Positions 48,494-59,121 of a DNA stretch of 64,000 nucleotides are shown piece after piece (the stretch's first letter is position 1; every line of letters starts with the position of its first letter). Source of the DNA: Alphaproteobacteria bacterium (GTDB lineage Bacteria > Pseudomonadota > Alphaproteobacteria > UBA2966 > CAIVPW01). The stretch is taken from contig CANKGV010000004.1 of the NCBI GenBank assembly GCA_947481575.1, positions 5,487 through 69,486 on the forward strand, in the 5' to 3' direction. The notes under the pieces were generated by a model. The model saw only the letters and a program-made list of their open reading frames with translations. It had not been told where the DNA came from and did no database searches. Both the position numbers and the translations under genes were made by a program.

Positions 48494-48525
48494 AAACTTG
48501 ACTAATCCAGTCGGGCAACTAAACT
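48494..48525 (+). promoter_or_regulatory. IscR type-1-like operator overlapping the cysE-isc promoter
   Basis: AAACTTGACTAATCCAGTCGGGCAA matches the type-1 pattern YTGACT-N5-AGTCRR; TTGACT-N16-TAAACT. Confidence 0.75.
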
Positions 48526-48609
48526 TACTCTCAGGTTTCGTGCCCCCAAACGGTCGGGAGCGTGGACCTTATAGCATACGTAGGTCAGGCCCGATCAAGG
48601 ACAGTCACC

Positions 48610-49341
48610 TTGGCATTCGACACGATTCGCAAGGACATCGCCGCGATCTTCGAGCGCGATCCCGCGGTTCGGTCGGTCGCGGAAGTCTGGCTGGCCTATC
48701 CCGGCTTCCACGCCGTCCTGGTCTACCGCCTCGCGCACCGGCTGTGGCTGTGGCGGTGGCATCTGCTAGCGCGCTGGATCGCTCACCTTGCCCGGTTTCT
48801 GACCGGCATCGAGATCCACCCGGGCGCAGTGATCGGCACCGGGTTCTTTATCGATCACGGTACCGGCGTTGTGATCGGTGAAACGTCCGAGATCGGCAAC
48901 AACGTCACGCTTTACCACGCGGTTACCCTGGGCGGCACGTCTCCTGCGGTCGATTCAGCCGCCCAAGTGAATCGCAAGCGCCACCCGACCTTGAAGGATG
49001 GGGTGATCGTTGGTTCCGGTGCCCAAGTGCTGGGGCCGATCACGGTCGGTGAGAATGCCCGCGTAGGCGCCAACGCAGTGGTGCTGAAGGACGTACCCGC
49101 GGGCGCAACGGTCGTCGGCAACCCTGCGCGCATCGCCAAGGCGCGCGGCGAACGGGAACCTGGGTTTGATGCCTATGGCACACCCGGCGAGATTTCGGAC
49201 CCGGTGGCACGGGTGATTGACGGGTTGTTGGACCAGATTGAAACGTTGCGCGCGCGCGTCGGCGAGTTGGAAGTGCGCCAGCGCGAGCAGGAAGATGTCG
49301 AGGCGCAGTGGCAGGCGAAGCGATCGGTGAACGCGAAGTAG
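48610..49341 (+). CDS. cysE: Serine O-acetyltransferase
   Basis: [41 protein letters not shown] start after AAGGA. Confidence 0.96.
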   Translation: MAFDTIRKDIAAIFERDPAVRSVAEVWLAYPGFHAVLVYRLAHRLWLWRWHLLARWIAHLARFLTGIEIHPGAVIGTGFFIDHGTGVVIGETSEIGNNVTLYHAVTLGGTSPAVDSAAQVNRKRHPTLKDGVIVGSGAQVLGPITVGENARVGANAVVLKDVPAGATVVGNPARIAKARGEREPGFDAYGTPGEISDPVARVIDGLLDQIETLRARVGELEVRQREQEDVEAQWQAKRSVNAK

Positions 49342-49354
49342 GGATGTCCGCTCC

Positions 49355-49864
49355 ATGAAGCTTAGCTCCAAGGGCCGCTACGCCGTCATGGCGATGGCCG
49401 ATCTCGCGATCCACAGCTCCGGACGGCCGGTGTCCTTGGCCGAAATCGCCGAGCGTCAGGAAATCTCGCTCTCTTACCTTGAGCAACTGTTCGGCAAGCT
49501 GCGCCGCCACCACTTGGTAAAGAGCGTGCGCGGGCCGGGCGGCGGCTACCGGCTGGGCCGTATGGCGGAAGATATTCGCGTGGCGGATGTCGTCGTGGCG
49601 GTCGATGAGCCGCTGTCGGCGACGCGTTGTCACCCGGGCTCTGCGACCGGCTGTCACGGCACCAAGGGCCGCTGCCTCACCCATGACCTGTGGGAGGAAC
49701 TCGGCAACCAGATCCACCTGTTTCTCGCGTCGGTCTCCCTTGCCGACGTCATCAACAAGCGAATTCTCGGTACCAGCGGGGCGCTGACCCGCAACACAAG
49801 CATCGCCGCGCCCGTCATGCCTGCGCTCGAGCCGAAGCTGGCGGCGGTGGAGCCCGCGGAATAA
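49355..49864 (+). CDS. iscR: Rrf2-family Fe-S regulator
   Basis: KGRYAVMAM.DLA, SYLEQLF, RGPGGGY, three Cys plus His (C..C..CLTHDLW). Confidence 0.93.
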   Translation: MKLSSKGRYAVMAMADLAIHSSGRPVSLAEIAERQEISLSYLEQLFGKLRRHHLVKSVRGPGGGYRLGRMAEDIRVADVVVAVDEPLSATRCHPGSATGCHGTKGRCLTHDLWEELGNQIHLFLASVSLADVINKRILGTSGALTRNTSIAAPVMPALEPKLAAVEPAE

Positions 49865-49868
49865 TTCC

Positions 49869-51014
49869 ATGCACGCGAGCGTCGCCTATCTCGACTACAA
49901 CGCCACCGCGCCGGTTCGTCCCGGTGTGGGCGCGGCGATGGCCGAGGCATTGGCGATGGGTGGCAATCCTTCGTCGGTGCACCGGTTTGGGCGTTTGGCG
50001 CGCGCCGCGGTCGATCGGGCGCGGGACTCGGTGGCCGGATGGATGCGCGTTGACCCGGCGCAGATAACGTTCACCAGTGGCGCGACCGAAGCGAACGCGC
50101 TCGCCGTCCATACGCTGGTGGCGCTCGGCGCCAAGGCGCTGTTGGTCTCGGCCATCGAACACGACTCAGTGCGGGCGAGCGCGGCTGCCGCGGGACTGCC
50201 AGTGAACGAGATTCCGGTGACCGCGGCGGGCGTCCTGGATTTGGCGGCGCTGCAGGGGATGCTGGCAGGGCCAGGTCCGGTCGGTGTTGCGGTCATGTTC
50301 GCCAACAACGAAACCGGCGTGATTCAGCCGGTCGCCAAGGCGGCTAAGCTGGTTCACGCCGCTGGCGGGTGGCTGTTGTGCGATGCGGTACAGGGGGCGG
50401 GCCGGGTTACTGCGCGCGGCGGCCTGTTCGGCGCGGACTTGGTGACGGTTTCGGCGCACAAGCTCGGTGGACCCCAAGGCGTCGGGGCACTGATTGCCGC
50501 GCCCCAGATTCGGGTCGCGCCCATGGTGCGCGGCGGCGGGCAAGAGAGTGGCCTGCGTGGCGGCACTGAGAACGTGCCGGGGATCGCTGGATTTGGCGCA
50601 GCCGTCGAGCGTGAACGCGGCGAACGCGCGCGTGTGCATGCGCTCCGTAATTTGTTTGAGACGCGCCTGCGCGCAATGTCGCCGGAAGTTCAGGTGTTTG
50701 GGGCCGGTGCGGCCCGCATGAGCAACACCGTGTGCTTTGCGCTGCCCGGTATGGCCGCTGAGATCGCGGTGATCGCCTTGGACCTTGCGGGCGTCGCCGT
50801 AAGTTCGGGGTCGGCCTGTTCGTCGGGCAAGGTGGGCCATTCCCACGTGTTGAAGGCGATGGGCGTGCCTGATGCGCTTGCCGCCTGCGCGCTGCGGGTC
50901 AGTTTCGGTTGGGCATCGTCGCGGGCCGACGTGGATCGCTTCGTGGCCGCGTGGATGGATTTGGTTGTGCGCGCACGCCGCGCCGAACGTGCGCCACTGG
51001 CGCTGGCAATGTGA
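49869..51014 (+). CDS. Cysteine desulfurase (NifS-like, first of two)
   Basis: YLDYNATAP, GNPSSVH, SAHKLGGP, SSGSACSSGK. Confidence 0.92.
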   Translation: MHASVAYLDYNATAPVRPGVGAAMAEALAMGGNPSSVHRFGRLARAAVDRARDSVAGWMRVDPAQITFTSGATEANALAVHTLVALGAKALLVSAIEHDSVRASAAAAGLPVNEIPVTAAGVLDLAALQGMLAGPGPVGVAVMFANNETGVIQPVAKAAKLVHAAGGWLLCDAVQGAGRVTARGGLFGADLVTVSAHKLGGPQGVGALIAAPQIRVAPMVRGGGQESGLRGGTENVPGIAGFGAAVERERGERARVHALRNLFETRLRAMSPEVQVFGAGAARMSNTVCFALPGMAAEIAVIALDLAGVAVSSGSACSSGKVGHSHVLKAMGVPDALAACALRVSFGWASSRADVDRFVAAWMDLVVRARRAERAPLALAM

Positions 51015-51023
51015 GTTGAGGGA

Positions 51024-52256
51024 ATGGCTGGTATCGCGAACATAAAGTTGCCGATCTACCTGGACTATCAGGCGACGACGCCAATGGACCCGCGGGTACT
51101 TGAAGTGATGATCCCGTACTTCACCGAAAAGTTCGGCAATCCCCATTCGCGCAACCATTCGTTCGGCTGGGAGGCCGAAGAAGGTGTGGAGAAGGCGCGC
51201 GCCCAGATCGCCGACCTGATCGGCGCCGACGAGAAGGAAATCATATTCACGTCCGGCGCGACCGAATCGAACAACCTTGCCATCAAAGGCGTCGCGCGCT
51301 TTTACGGCGACCAGCGCAATGAGATCGTCACTGTCGTCACCGAGCACAAGTGCGTTCTCGATGCATGCCGGCACCTTGAGCAGGAAGAGGGTTTCAAGGT
51401 CACCTACCTGCCGGTCGAGCAGAACGGCCTCGTGGACCTCGACAGGCTGCGGGCTGCGGTGACCGACAAGACCGCGATTGTTTCCGTGATGGCGGTGAAC
51501 AACGAAATTGGCGTGATCCAGCCGTTGACAGAGATCGGCGCCATCGCTCGCGCCAAGGGAGCGTTCTTTCATACCGACGCGGCGCAGGCGGCCGGCAAGA
51601 TTCCGCTCGACGTACGCGCAATGAACATCGATCTGATGAGCATCTCGGGCCACAAGATGTACGGCCCCAAGGGTATCGGCGCGCTGTATGTCGGCCGCAA
51701 GCCGCGCGTGCGCCTTCACGCGTTGATCCACGGCGGGGGCCAGGAGCGCGGCATGCGGTCCGGCACCTTGCCGACGCCGTTGTGCGTGGGTTTGGGCGAG
51801 GCTTGTGCGATCGCCAAGCGGGAGATGGCGAGCGACAACGCCCGCATCCGTGCCCTGTGGGAGCGCATGTACAACAGCCTGACCGCCCAGCTTCCCGACG
51901 TCGTGCTGAACGGCGACCGTGAACACCGCTTCTACGGCAACCTCAACGTCAGCTTTGCATATGTCGAAGGCGAGTCGCTGATGATGGGGATTCGCGATAT
52001 CGCCGTGTCTTCAGGCTCCGCGTGCACCTCGGCTTCGTTGGAGCCGTCCTATGTATTGCGGGCCCTCGGTGTGGACGAGGCGATGGCGCATACGTCGATC
52101 CGCCTGGGTATCGGCCGGCCCACCACAGAGGCTGAGATCGACTACACGGTTGAGACTCTGGTGAAGCACGTTCGTAAGCTGCGCGACATGAGCCCCCTGT
52201 GGGAAATGGCGCAGGCCGGGATCGACGTGAGCAAGATCGAATGGGCGGCGCACTGA
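51024..52256 (+). CDS. iscS: Cysteine desulfurase IscS
   Basis: [50 protein letters not shown]. Confidence 0.97.
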   Translation: MAGIANIKLPIYLDYQATTPMDPRVLEVMIPYFTEKFGNPHSRNHSFGWEAEEGVEKARAQIADLIGADEKEIIFTSGATESNNLAIKGVARFYGDQRNEIVTVVTEHKCVLDACRHLEQEEGFKVTYLPVEQNGLVDLDRLRAAVTDKTAIVSVMAVNNEIGVIQPLTEIGAIARAKGAFFHTDAAQAAGKIPLDVRAMNIDLMSISGHKMYGPKGIGALYVGRKPRVRLHALIHGGGQERGMRSGTLPTPLCVGLGEACAIAKREMASDNARIRALWERMYNSLTAQLPDVVLNGDREHRFYGNLNVSFAYVEGESLMMGIRDIAVSSGSACTSASLEPSYVLRALGVDEAMAHTSIRLGIGRPTTEAEIDYTVETLVKHVRKLRDMSPLWEMAQAGIDVSKIEWAAH

Positions 52257-52321
52257 GCGCAGAACTAGCGAACGCTTGACGAAACCGGGCGCAGAATCCA
52301 TTTCATCAGGAGAGACGAATC

Positions 52322-52738
52322 ATGGCGTACAGCGGCAAGGTCATCGACCACTACGAAAACCCACGCAATATTGGGTCGCTGGACAAGGACGCGTCTGACG
52401 TTGGCACGGGCTTGGTGGGAGCCCCCGCCTGCGGCGACGTGATGAAGCTGCAGATCAAGGTGAGCCCGGAAGGCATCATCGAAGACGCCAAGTTCAAGAC
52501 GTTCGGATGCGGTTCCGCGATTGCTTCCAGCAGCTTGATCACCGAGTGGGTGAAGGGCCGCAGCATTGACGAAGCGGAAAAGATCAAGAACACGGAGATC
52601 GCACAGCACCTGGCGCTGCCGCCGGTGAAGATTCACTGCTCGGTGCTTGCCGAAGACGCCATCAAGGCGGCGATCGCCGACTACCGCAAGAAGTCCGGCA
52701 CCGAAACTGCCGCTGCGCCAGCGCACGCGGCGGAGTAG
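52322..52738 (+). CDS. iscU: Fe-S scaffold IscU
   Basis: GAPACGDVM, FGCGSAIASS, LPPVKIHCS. Confidence 0.98.
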   Translation: MAYSGKVIDHYENPRNIGSLDKDASDVGTGLVGAPACGDVMKLQIKVSPEGIIEDAKFKTFGCGSAIASSSLITEWVKGRSIDEAEKIKNTEIAQHLALPPVKIHCSVLAEDAIKAAIADYRKKSGTETAAAPAHAAE

Positions 52739-52757
52739 CGCTCTAAAGGATTCGAAC

Positions 52758-53111
52758 ATGTCCGTAGCCACGAAGATCGCCTCGCCCGTCATGACCATCA
52801 CCGATTCGGCGGCGCAACGCGTCCGCGCGATGCTGGATGGACGTGGCAAACCATCGACCGGCGTTCGTGTCGGGGTGCGCACGGCGGGCTGTTCTGGCCT
52901 CTCCTACACGCTCGAGTTCGCCGACGATGTGAACGAATTCGATGAGGTGGTGCAGGACAAGGGCGTGACAGTGTTTGTCGACCCGAAGGCGACGATGTTT
53001 CTGGTCGGCACCGAAATGGACTTCGTGGAGAACGACCTCGAATCGGGGTTCGTCTTTCACAATCCGAACGAACGCGCCCGCTGCGGTTGCGGCGAATCGT
53101 TTCACGTCTAG
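52758..53111 (+). CDS. iscA: A-type Fe-S carrier
   Basis: GCSGLSY, NPN...CGCGESF. Confidence 0.95.
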   Translation: MSVATKIASPVMTITDSAAQRVRAMLDGRGKPSTGVRVGVRTAGCSGLSYTLEFADDVNEFDEVVQDKGVTVFVDPKATMFLVGTEMDFVENDLESGFVFHNPNERARCGCGESFHV

Positions 53112-53182
53112 CCATTTCGCTGTAGCGCCTCGCCGGCGGTCGCCGGCCTTAAACCGAGTATTGCGGCAGGAAGTGGCTGACC

Positions 53183-53809
53183 GTGTCTGAGCCCAACGGT
53201 TCCTGCTGGTCGTGTCGCGCCCCGGTTGCGGCGCTGGAGGCATTTTGTCCGGCGTGCGGGGCGGTGCAGCCGCCGCGCGCGGCGAGTATGTTCGCGATTC
53301 TGGGAATGCCGGTGCAGTTCGAAGTGGATGCGGCTGAGTTGGAGCGCCGCTACTTTGCTGAACAACGGCGTTTTCACCCCGACCGCTTCACGGGCAAGCC
53401 CGAACGGGAGCGGCAATTCTCGATGCAGCATTCCACAAATGTGAATGAGGCGTACCGCGTACTGGGCGATCCGGTCCGGCGCGCCGAACACCTGCTGCTG
53501 CTGGCGGGCCAACCCGCGCGTACGGTCGAAGAGACCGTCCGCGACCCCGTGATTCTGATGCGCGCGCTCGAAATGCGGGAAGCGTTGGCCGAAGCGCAAT
53601 CGCGTGCCGAAATCGACGGTGTGTTGAAGGCGGCGAAGGGCGAGGCGCTGGCGTGCACCGCCGAACTCACCAAGGCATTTGCGAACGCCGATCTGCAATG
53701 TGCGCGCACGCTCACACTGCAACTCACCTACCTGCAGAAGTTCATCGAGGAGGCGCGGGAGCGCCGAACACGAGTCGTTGGCGGCCAGTCGGCGGGAGCC
53801 CACAGTTGA
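53183..53809 (+). CDS. hscB: Co-chaperone HscB with N-terminal tetracysteine domain
   Basis: CWSC...FCPAC...Q; J-domain HPD; NEAY.VL.DP.RRA. Confidence 0.93.
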   Translation: MSEPNGSCWSCRAPVAALEAFCPACGAVQPPRAASMFAILGMPVQFEVDAAELERRYFAEQRRFHPDRFTGKPERERQFSMQHSTNVNEAYRVLGDPVRRAEHLLLLAGQPARTVEETVRDPVILMRALEMREALAEAQSRAEIDGVLKAAKGEALACTAELTKAFANADLQCARTLTLQLTYLQKFIEEARERRTRVVGGQSAGAHS

Positions 53810-55719
53810 GTCCACCGCTGCAGATTCACGAACCTGGTCAGACTCCGCTGCCGCACGCGCGCCGCGATCTGGCCGTTGGTATCGACCTCGGCACGACCAA
53901 CAGCCTGATCGCCATCGCCGAAGGCGCAAGGCCGGTCGTGTTGCGCGACAAGGCGGGCAGGGGCCTCGTTCCCTCGGTGGTCGCCTACATGGAGGACCGT
54001 GTAGTCGTCGGTGACGAGGCGCGCCGGATCATGGTGGAGCACCCGGACCGCGTGGTTGCTTCAGTGAAGCGGCTGATGGGGCGCGGCGCGGAAGACGTGC
54101 TGCGCGTGGCGGGTCAGCTGCCCTATGAGGTTGCCGCTGCGGTCGAGAGCGGCGGCATGGTCCGCCTTAGAGTCGGCGGCCGCACCCTGACGCCGGTCGA
54201 AGTGAGCGCCGATATTCTGCGGGCCGTGAAGGCGCGCGGTGAGGCCGCCTTGGGCCGAAAGGTTACGGAAGCGGTCATCACGGTTCCCGCCCACTTTGAC
54301 GATGCCGCCCGTACCGCAACCAAGGATGCTGCGAAGCTCGCCGGCCTCACGGCGCTACGGTTGGTCAACGAGCCGACCGCGGCGGCTCTTGCCTACGGGC
54401 TGGATAAGGGCGCGGAAGGTCTGTACGCGGTCTTCGATCTGGGCGGCGGAACGTTTGACATCTCGGTACTGCGTCTGCAGATGGGTGTGTTCCAGGTGCT
54501 GGCCACCGGTGGCGATCCGCTTCTCGGCGGCGACGATTTCGATCAGGTGATCGCCGAGCACTTCTTGGCGGAGCGCGCGCGCGAATTGGGCGAGGCGCAC
54601 CTAACCACCGGCGAAGCCAAGATGGCGTTGATGTCCGCGCGGCTCGCCAAGGAAGAATTGACCACCCTGACATCCGGCGAGTGGCCCATCGTACTCGGCG
54701 GCCGCACCAGCCATCACAGGCTGGACCGCGCAAAATTAAACGATCTGGTGCGCCCCCTGGTGGATCGCGCCATCGCCATCACCCAAGGGGTGCTGTCGGA
54801 CGCGCGCATGGACCCGGAAGACGTGAAGGGCGTTGTGCTCGTCGGCGGTTCCACCCGCGTTCCGTTGGTGCGCGACATGGTGCGGGAACTGTTCGGTACA
54901 GAGCCGTTGTCCGACATCGATCCCGACGAAGTCGTTGCGCTGGGCGCGGCACTCCAGGCTGCAGCGCTCACCCAAGGGTCGAGCGCGTTGCTGCTCGACG
55001 TCACTCCGCTATCGCTGGGCATCGAGACGATGGGCGGCCTGTGCGAGAAAGTCGTGCCGCGGAACACGCCGATTCCCACCGCCCGGGCCCAGGAGTTCAC
55101 GACCTATCAAGACGGGCAGTCGGCGATGATGATTCACGTGGTTCAGGGCGAGCGAGAACTCGTGACGGAGAACCGTTCGCTGGCCCGGTTCGAACTGCAT
55201 GGCATTCCGGCGATGGTTGCCGGCGCGGCGCGGATCCGGGTGTTGTTCGCGGTCGACGTCGACGGACTCCTGACGGTGAGTGCCGAGGAGACCGGGACCG
55301 GCGTGCGCCAGGAGGTAGCGGTCAAGCCAACCTACGGCCTGAGCGGAGACGAAATGGCGGGCATGCTGCGCGCCAGCATGGAACACGCGCGGGAAGACAT
55401 GGAAGCGCGGCTATTGGCAGAGGCACGAGTGGATGCCGACCGCATTCTGATCGCCGTCGATGCCGCGCTGCGGATTGACGCGGCGCTGCTGAGCCGAACG
55501 GAGCGGACTGCGATTGAGAACCAGATGCAGGCGCTGCGGGCGACCGCCCAAGGCCACGACCGCCACCGGATCGCGGATGCGGTTGAGGCCCTCAATGGCG
55601 CGACCGAGGAATTCGCTGGGCGGCGCATGGATCGGGAGATTCGCAGCGCCCTGCGGGGCGTCGCGGTGTCAGCCCTTGAGGACCGAGTGGGCGCCGGCGC
55701 CGCCGAGGCGAAAAAATAG
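53806..55719 (+). CDS. hscA: Fe-S assembly Hsp70 chaperone HscA
   Basis: LQIHEPG, GIDLGTTNS, DLGGGTFD, LLDVTPLSLGIETMGG, FA.RRMD; TTG start overlapping the hscB stop. Confidence 0.95.
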   Translation: MSPPLQIHEPGQTPLPHARRDLAVGIDLGTTNSLIAIAEGARPVVLRDKAGRGLVPSVVAYMEDRVVVGDEARRIMVEHPDRVVASVKRLMGRGAEDVLRVAGQLPYEVAAAVESGGMVRLRVGGRTLTPVEVSADILRAVKARGEAALGRKVTEAVITVPAHFDDAARTATKDAAKLAGLTALRLVNEPTAAALAYGLDKGAEGLYAVFDLGGGTFDISVLRLQMGVFQVLATGGDPLLGGDDFDQVIAEHFLAERARELGEAHLTTGEAKMALMSARLAKEELTTLTSGEWPIVLGGRTSHHRLDRAKLNDLVRPLVDRAIAITQGVLSDARMDPEDVKGVVLVGGSTRVPLVRDMVRELFGTEPLSDIDPDEVVALGAALQAAALTQGSSALLLDVTPLSLGIETMGGLCEKVVPRNTPIPTARAQEFTTYQDGQSAMMIHVVQGERELVTENRSLARFELHGIPAMVAGAARIRVLFAVDVDGLLTVSAEETGTGVRQEVAVKPTYGLSGDEMAGMLRASMEHAREDMEARLLAEARVDADRILIAVDAALRIDAALLSRTERTAIENQMQALRATAQGHDRHRIADAVEALNGATEEFAGRRMDREIRSALRGVAVSALEDRVGAGAAEAKK

Positions 55720-55810
55720 GGGTTTCGTTCGTGGCCCAGAACGGCGATGTTGCGCCCCGCCGGTCACTGAGCGGTAACATTTGGGAACCTGAAGGCGGGT
55801 TGTCGTTGGC

Positions 55811-56149
55811 ATGCCGAAGATGACGTTTATTCACCCGGACGGGCGCAAGCAGGAAGTCGATGCGCCGCTGGGGTTGTCGGTGCTGGAAATCGCCCACCGC
55901 AACAAGATCGATCTGGAGGGCGCCTGCGAGGGCTCGCTGGCCTGCTCGACCTGCCACGTGGTTGTCGATCCGCACTTCTACCGGATGCTGCCGGAGGCCA
56001 AGGAGGACGAGGAGGACATGCTCGATCTCGCGTTCGGCCTGACCCATACCTCGCGGCTCGGGTGCCAAATCCTGATCACGCCGCAGCTCGACGGGCTGGT
56101 GGTGAGCCTGCCGGGGGCGACGCGCAACATGCTGCTGGAAGGCGCATAG
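55811..56149 (+). CDS. fdx: ISC [2Fe-2S] ferredoxin (adrenodoxin-like)
   Basis: [31 protein letters not shown]. Confidence 0.97.
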   Translation: MPKMTFIHPDGRKQEVDAPLGLSVLEIAHRNKIDLEGACEGSLACSTCHVVVDPHFYRMLPEAKEDEEDMLDLAFGLTHTSRLGCQILITPQLDGLVVSLPGATRNMLLEGA

Positions 56150-56162
56150 GCCGCATCCGGCC

Positions 56163-56366
56163 ATGAAGCCGCTCAAGTGGACCGACGTTCTGGACATCGC
56201 GATCCGGCTTGAGGAGGAGCACCCCGAGGCGGATGTGGTGAATGTCCGGTTCACCGACCTGCACCGCTGGGTGCGGGAGTTGCCGGAGTTTAGGGATGAC
56301 CCGGAGCGGTCGTCCGAGAAGATTCTGGAAGCCATCCAGATGGCTTGGCTCGACGAACGCAGCTAG
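56163..56366 (+). CDS. iscX: Fe-S assembly protein IscX
   Basis: LKWTD..DIAI.L, VRFTDL..WV, SEKILEAIQMAW.DE. Confidence 0.96.
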   Translation: MKPLKWTDVLDIAIRLEEEHPEADVVNVRFTDLHRWVRELPEFRDDPERSSEKILEAIQMAWLDERS

Positions 56367-57295
56367 CTCCCGCGCGGAGGCCGGCAATCGCCACCGATAT
56401 CATCCCCGTCACGCCGCGGCCCCTGTTCGGGGCCGCACTCACATTGGGCTCAGCCGTACTGTTCGGCCTCAGCACGCCGCTGGCCAAGCCGCTGCTGACC
56501 GACACCAGCCCGATCGTGATCGCCGGGCTGCTCTATGCCGGTGCGGGCATCGGTCTCGCGATCGTCGATCGCTTGGCGGGACCGCTGCGCATCCCTAGGG
56601 CGCGGCGGGTGAGCGGGTATCAGTGGCGCTGGCTGGCGATCTCGGTGCTGTTCGGCGGCATCTTTGGGCCGCTGCTGCTTCTCACGGGGCTGCAGCGCAC
56701 CGAGGCCTCGACTGCCTCGCTGCTACTCAATCTGGAAGCGGTCCTGACAGCGCTGGTGGGGTGGCTGGTGTTCCGCGAGGGGCTGACGGCGCGGGTGGTG
56801 GCAGGCTTGGGCGTGATGCTGGCGGGAGCGATCACTGTGTCGTGGCAGGGAACTCCGACGCTGACCGGGTTCATCGGCCCGCTGGCAGTGATCGGTGCGT
56901 GCTTGTCGTGGGGCATCGACAACAACTTGGTCCGCAGGATTGCAGCGGCCGATCCCATTCAGATCTCGGCGATCCGGGGGGCAGTGGCGGGGACGTTCAA
57001 TCTGGGGTTGGCCGCTGTGCTGGGGGCGCCGTGGCCCGGCACGTGGGGCGCGGTGGCAGTGGCGGGGACGATCGGGTTCTTCGGCTATGGGTTGTCGCTG
57101 GTGCTGTTCGTCATCGCGCTCCGGCACTTGGGAGCGGCGCGTACGGCGGCGTTCTTTTCCGCAGGGCCGTTCGTGGGGGCGCTGGCCGGCGTGGTGATGC
57201 TGGGGGAACCGCTGACGGTTACGCTCGGAATCGCCGCCGCGCTGATGGCGGCGGGGGCGTGGCTATCGCTCGGCGCTCGGGCCGCAACCGACTAG
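56345..57295 (+). CDS. DMT/EamA family transporter; start uncertain
   Basis: About 10 TM segments; LFG.STP.AK, ASLLLNLE, WGIDNN, LGAART. Confidence 0.88.
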   Translation: MARRTQLAPARRPAIATDIIPVTPRPLFGAALTLGSAVLFGLSTPLAKPLLTDTSPIVIAGLLYAGAGIGLAIVDRLAGPLRIPRARRVSGYQWRWLAISVLFGGIFGPLLLLTGLQRTEASTASLLLNLEAVLTALVGWLVFREGLTARVVAGLGVMLAGAITVSWQGTPTLTGFIGPLAVIGACLSWGIDNNLVRRIAAADPIQISAIRGAVAGTFNLGLAAVLGAPWPGTWGAVAVAGTIGFFGYGLSLVLFVIALRHLGAARTAAFFSAGPFVGALAGVVMLGEPLTVTLGIAAALMAAGAWLSLGARAATD

Positions 57296-58995
57296 CGCTT
57301 CAGGACGACCGGGCGCAGCAGGAAGGCCGGCACATGACCACCCATTGCGCCGGGCTTCGGCTCGGACGGGGTGAGCACGTGGGGCATGTCGTCGCGATTG
57401 TCGGTGTCGTGGGAGCGGACCGGCTGGTGCTTCACCGGTGCCGCAGCCATCGCTTGGGCCGGAGCGGGTGAACTGCCGACGGAAGCCGGTGCTGCATCGC
57501 CACCTTCGCGGCGGCGGCCACGGCCACCGCGGCGGCCACGGCTGCGCTTGGGCTCGCCGGTGGTGACCGGCTGCGGGGCAGGTGCGGCGTCGGCGTGCGG
57601 TGCAGCGGCATCCGGCTCCATCGCCACGGCGACGGGCTCGGGACCTGCGCTCTCCATCGCGACCATTACCGGTGCGGCGATGGGTTCGGCGGCTGCTTCC
57701 GCGACTACGGCCGGTGCGGGCTCGGTGGTGCTGCTACGGCGGCGTGAACGGCCACGGCCGCCTTCGCTGGCGGGCTTCGGCGCGGCTGGGGCGGCGGAGG
57801 ACGCGGGACGGCGGCCACCACGGGCGCGGCCGCCACGGCGCGGCTCTTCGCCTTCGGCGAGCGGTGCGGGCGCGGCCACGCCTTCGAGGGTCATGAGCGG
57901 GATTTCTTTGCCAACCAGCTTGGCGATGGCGGCGAGCAGGCGGCCGTCGTCCGGTGTCGCGAGGGTGTAGGCGGTGCCTTCGCGGCCGGCGCGGGCGGTG
58001 CGGCCGATGCGGTGCACGTAGTCTTCGGCGTTGATCGGCACGTCGTAGTTGATGACGCTGGGCAGCGCTTCGATGTCGATCCCGCGTGCGGCGACGTCGG
58101 AAGCGACCAGGTATTTGATCGACCCGGCCTTGAACTTTTCGAGCGTGTCGGTGCGCAGAGACTGCGCGAGGTCGCCGTGGATCGGCGCGGCCGACAGACC
58201 GTTCTTCACCAGCGAACGGACCAGAATGTCGACGTCGCGCTTGCGGTTCAGGAAGATGATCGACTGGGTGATCTTTTCCGACTCGATCAGCTTGCGCACG
58301 GCATCGCGCTTGTCGTCGGCCGACACCATGATCAGCGCCTGGCGGATCGTGACGGCCGCGGACGACGGCGGCGCCACCGCGATCTCTTTCGGGTTGGACA
58401 CGAAGTCTTTGCCGATGCGGCGGATTTCGTCGTTGAGCGTGGCCGAGAAGAACAGGGTTTGGCGCAGCGGCGGCAGCAGCTTCACGATGCGCTGCACGTC
58501 GGGGATGAACCCCATGTCGAGCATGCGGTCGGTTTCGTCGATCACCAGAATCTTGACGCCGCGCAGCATGACGTGGCCGCGGTCGGCGTGGTCGAGCAGG
58601 CGGCCCGGCGTGGCGATGACGATGTCGATGTCGCCTTCCAGCTTGCGCGACTGTTCGTCCATCGAGGTGCCGCCGATCAGCAGCGCCATTTGCAACTGGC
58701 TGTACTTGCCGTAGGCGATGAAGGCTTCGGCGACCTGGGCGGCCAACTCGCGGGTCGGCTCCAGGATTAGCGCGCGCGGCATGCGCGCGCGGGCACGGCC
58801 GGAGGCCAGGATATCGATCATCGGCAGGGCGAACGACGCGGTCTTGCCGGTGCCGGTCTGGGCGGAGCCCATGACATCGCGGCCCTGGAGGACGATCGGA
58901 ATCGCCTTTTCCTGAATCGGGGTCGGCTGGACGTACCCGGCTTCTTCGACGGCGCGAAGGACTTCGGGACTAAGTCCCAGATCGGAAAACTTCAT
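57292..58995 (-). CDS. rhlE: DEAD-box RNA helicase (RhlE-like) with disordered C-terminus
   Basis: Q motif PTPIQ, AQTGTGKT, PTRELA, DETD, SAT, HRIGRTAR; tail HVPAFL. Confidence 0.88.
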   Translation of the reverse strand: MKFSDLGLSPEVLRAVEEAGYVQPTPIQEKAIPIVLQGRDVMGSAQTGTGKTASFALPMIDILASGRARARMPRALILEPTRELAAQVAEAFIAYGKYSQLQMALLIGGTSMDEQSRKLEGDIDIVIATPGRLLDHADRGHVMLRGVKILVIDETDRMLDMGFIPDVQRIVKLLPPLRQTLFFSATLNDEIRRIGKDFVSNPKEIAVAPPSSAAVTIRQALIMVSADDKRDAVRKLIESEKITQSIIFLNRKRDVDILVRSLVKNGLSAAPIHGDLAQSLRTDTLEKFKAGSIKYLVASDVAARGIDIEALPSVINYDVPINAEDYVHRIGRTARAGREGTAYTLATPDDGRLLAAIAKLVGKEIPLMTLEGVAAPAPLAEGEEPRRGGRARGGRRPASSAAPAAPKPASEGGRGRSRRRSSTTEPAPAVVAEAAAEPIAAPVMVAMESAGPEPVAVAMEPDAAAPHADAAPAPQPVTTGEPKRSRGRRGGRGRRREGGDAAPASVGSSPAPAQAMAAAPVKHQPVRSHDTDNRDDMPHVLTPSEPKPGAMGGHVPAFLLRPVVLKR

Positions 58996-59121
58996 GCACC
59001 TGCTTCGGGAAACTGCGTCCTAGGACCGGCCGGAGTACGGACGGCGCACTATCGCGTTGCCCTGGGATTGAGTAAACGAAAGTGCGAACGAGCCGCACGG
59101 TTTGGGGCGACACTAACCCTT

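Noticed and set aside
50166..51926. Long antisense ORFs (also 61657-63288, 31107-32375, 11599-12837, 39131-40312)
   Set aside because: Shadow frames of well-supported genes, expected at high GC; no motifs
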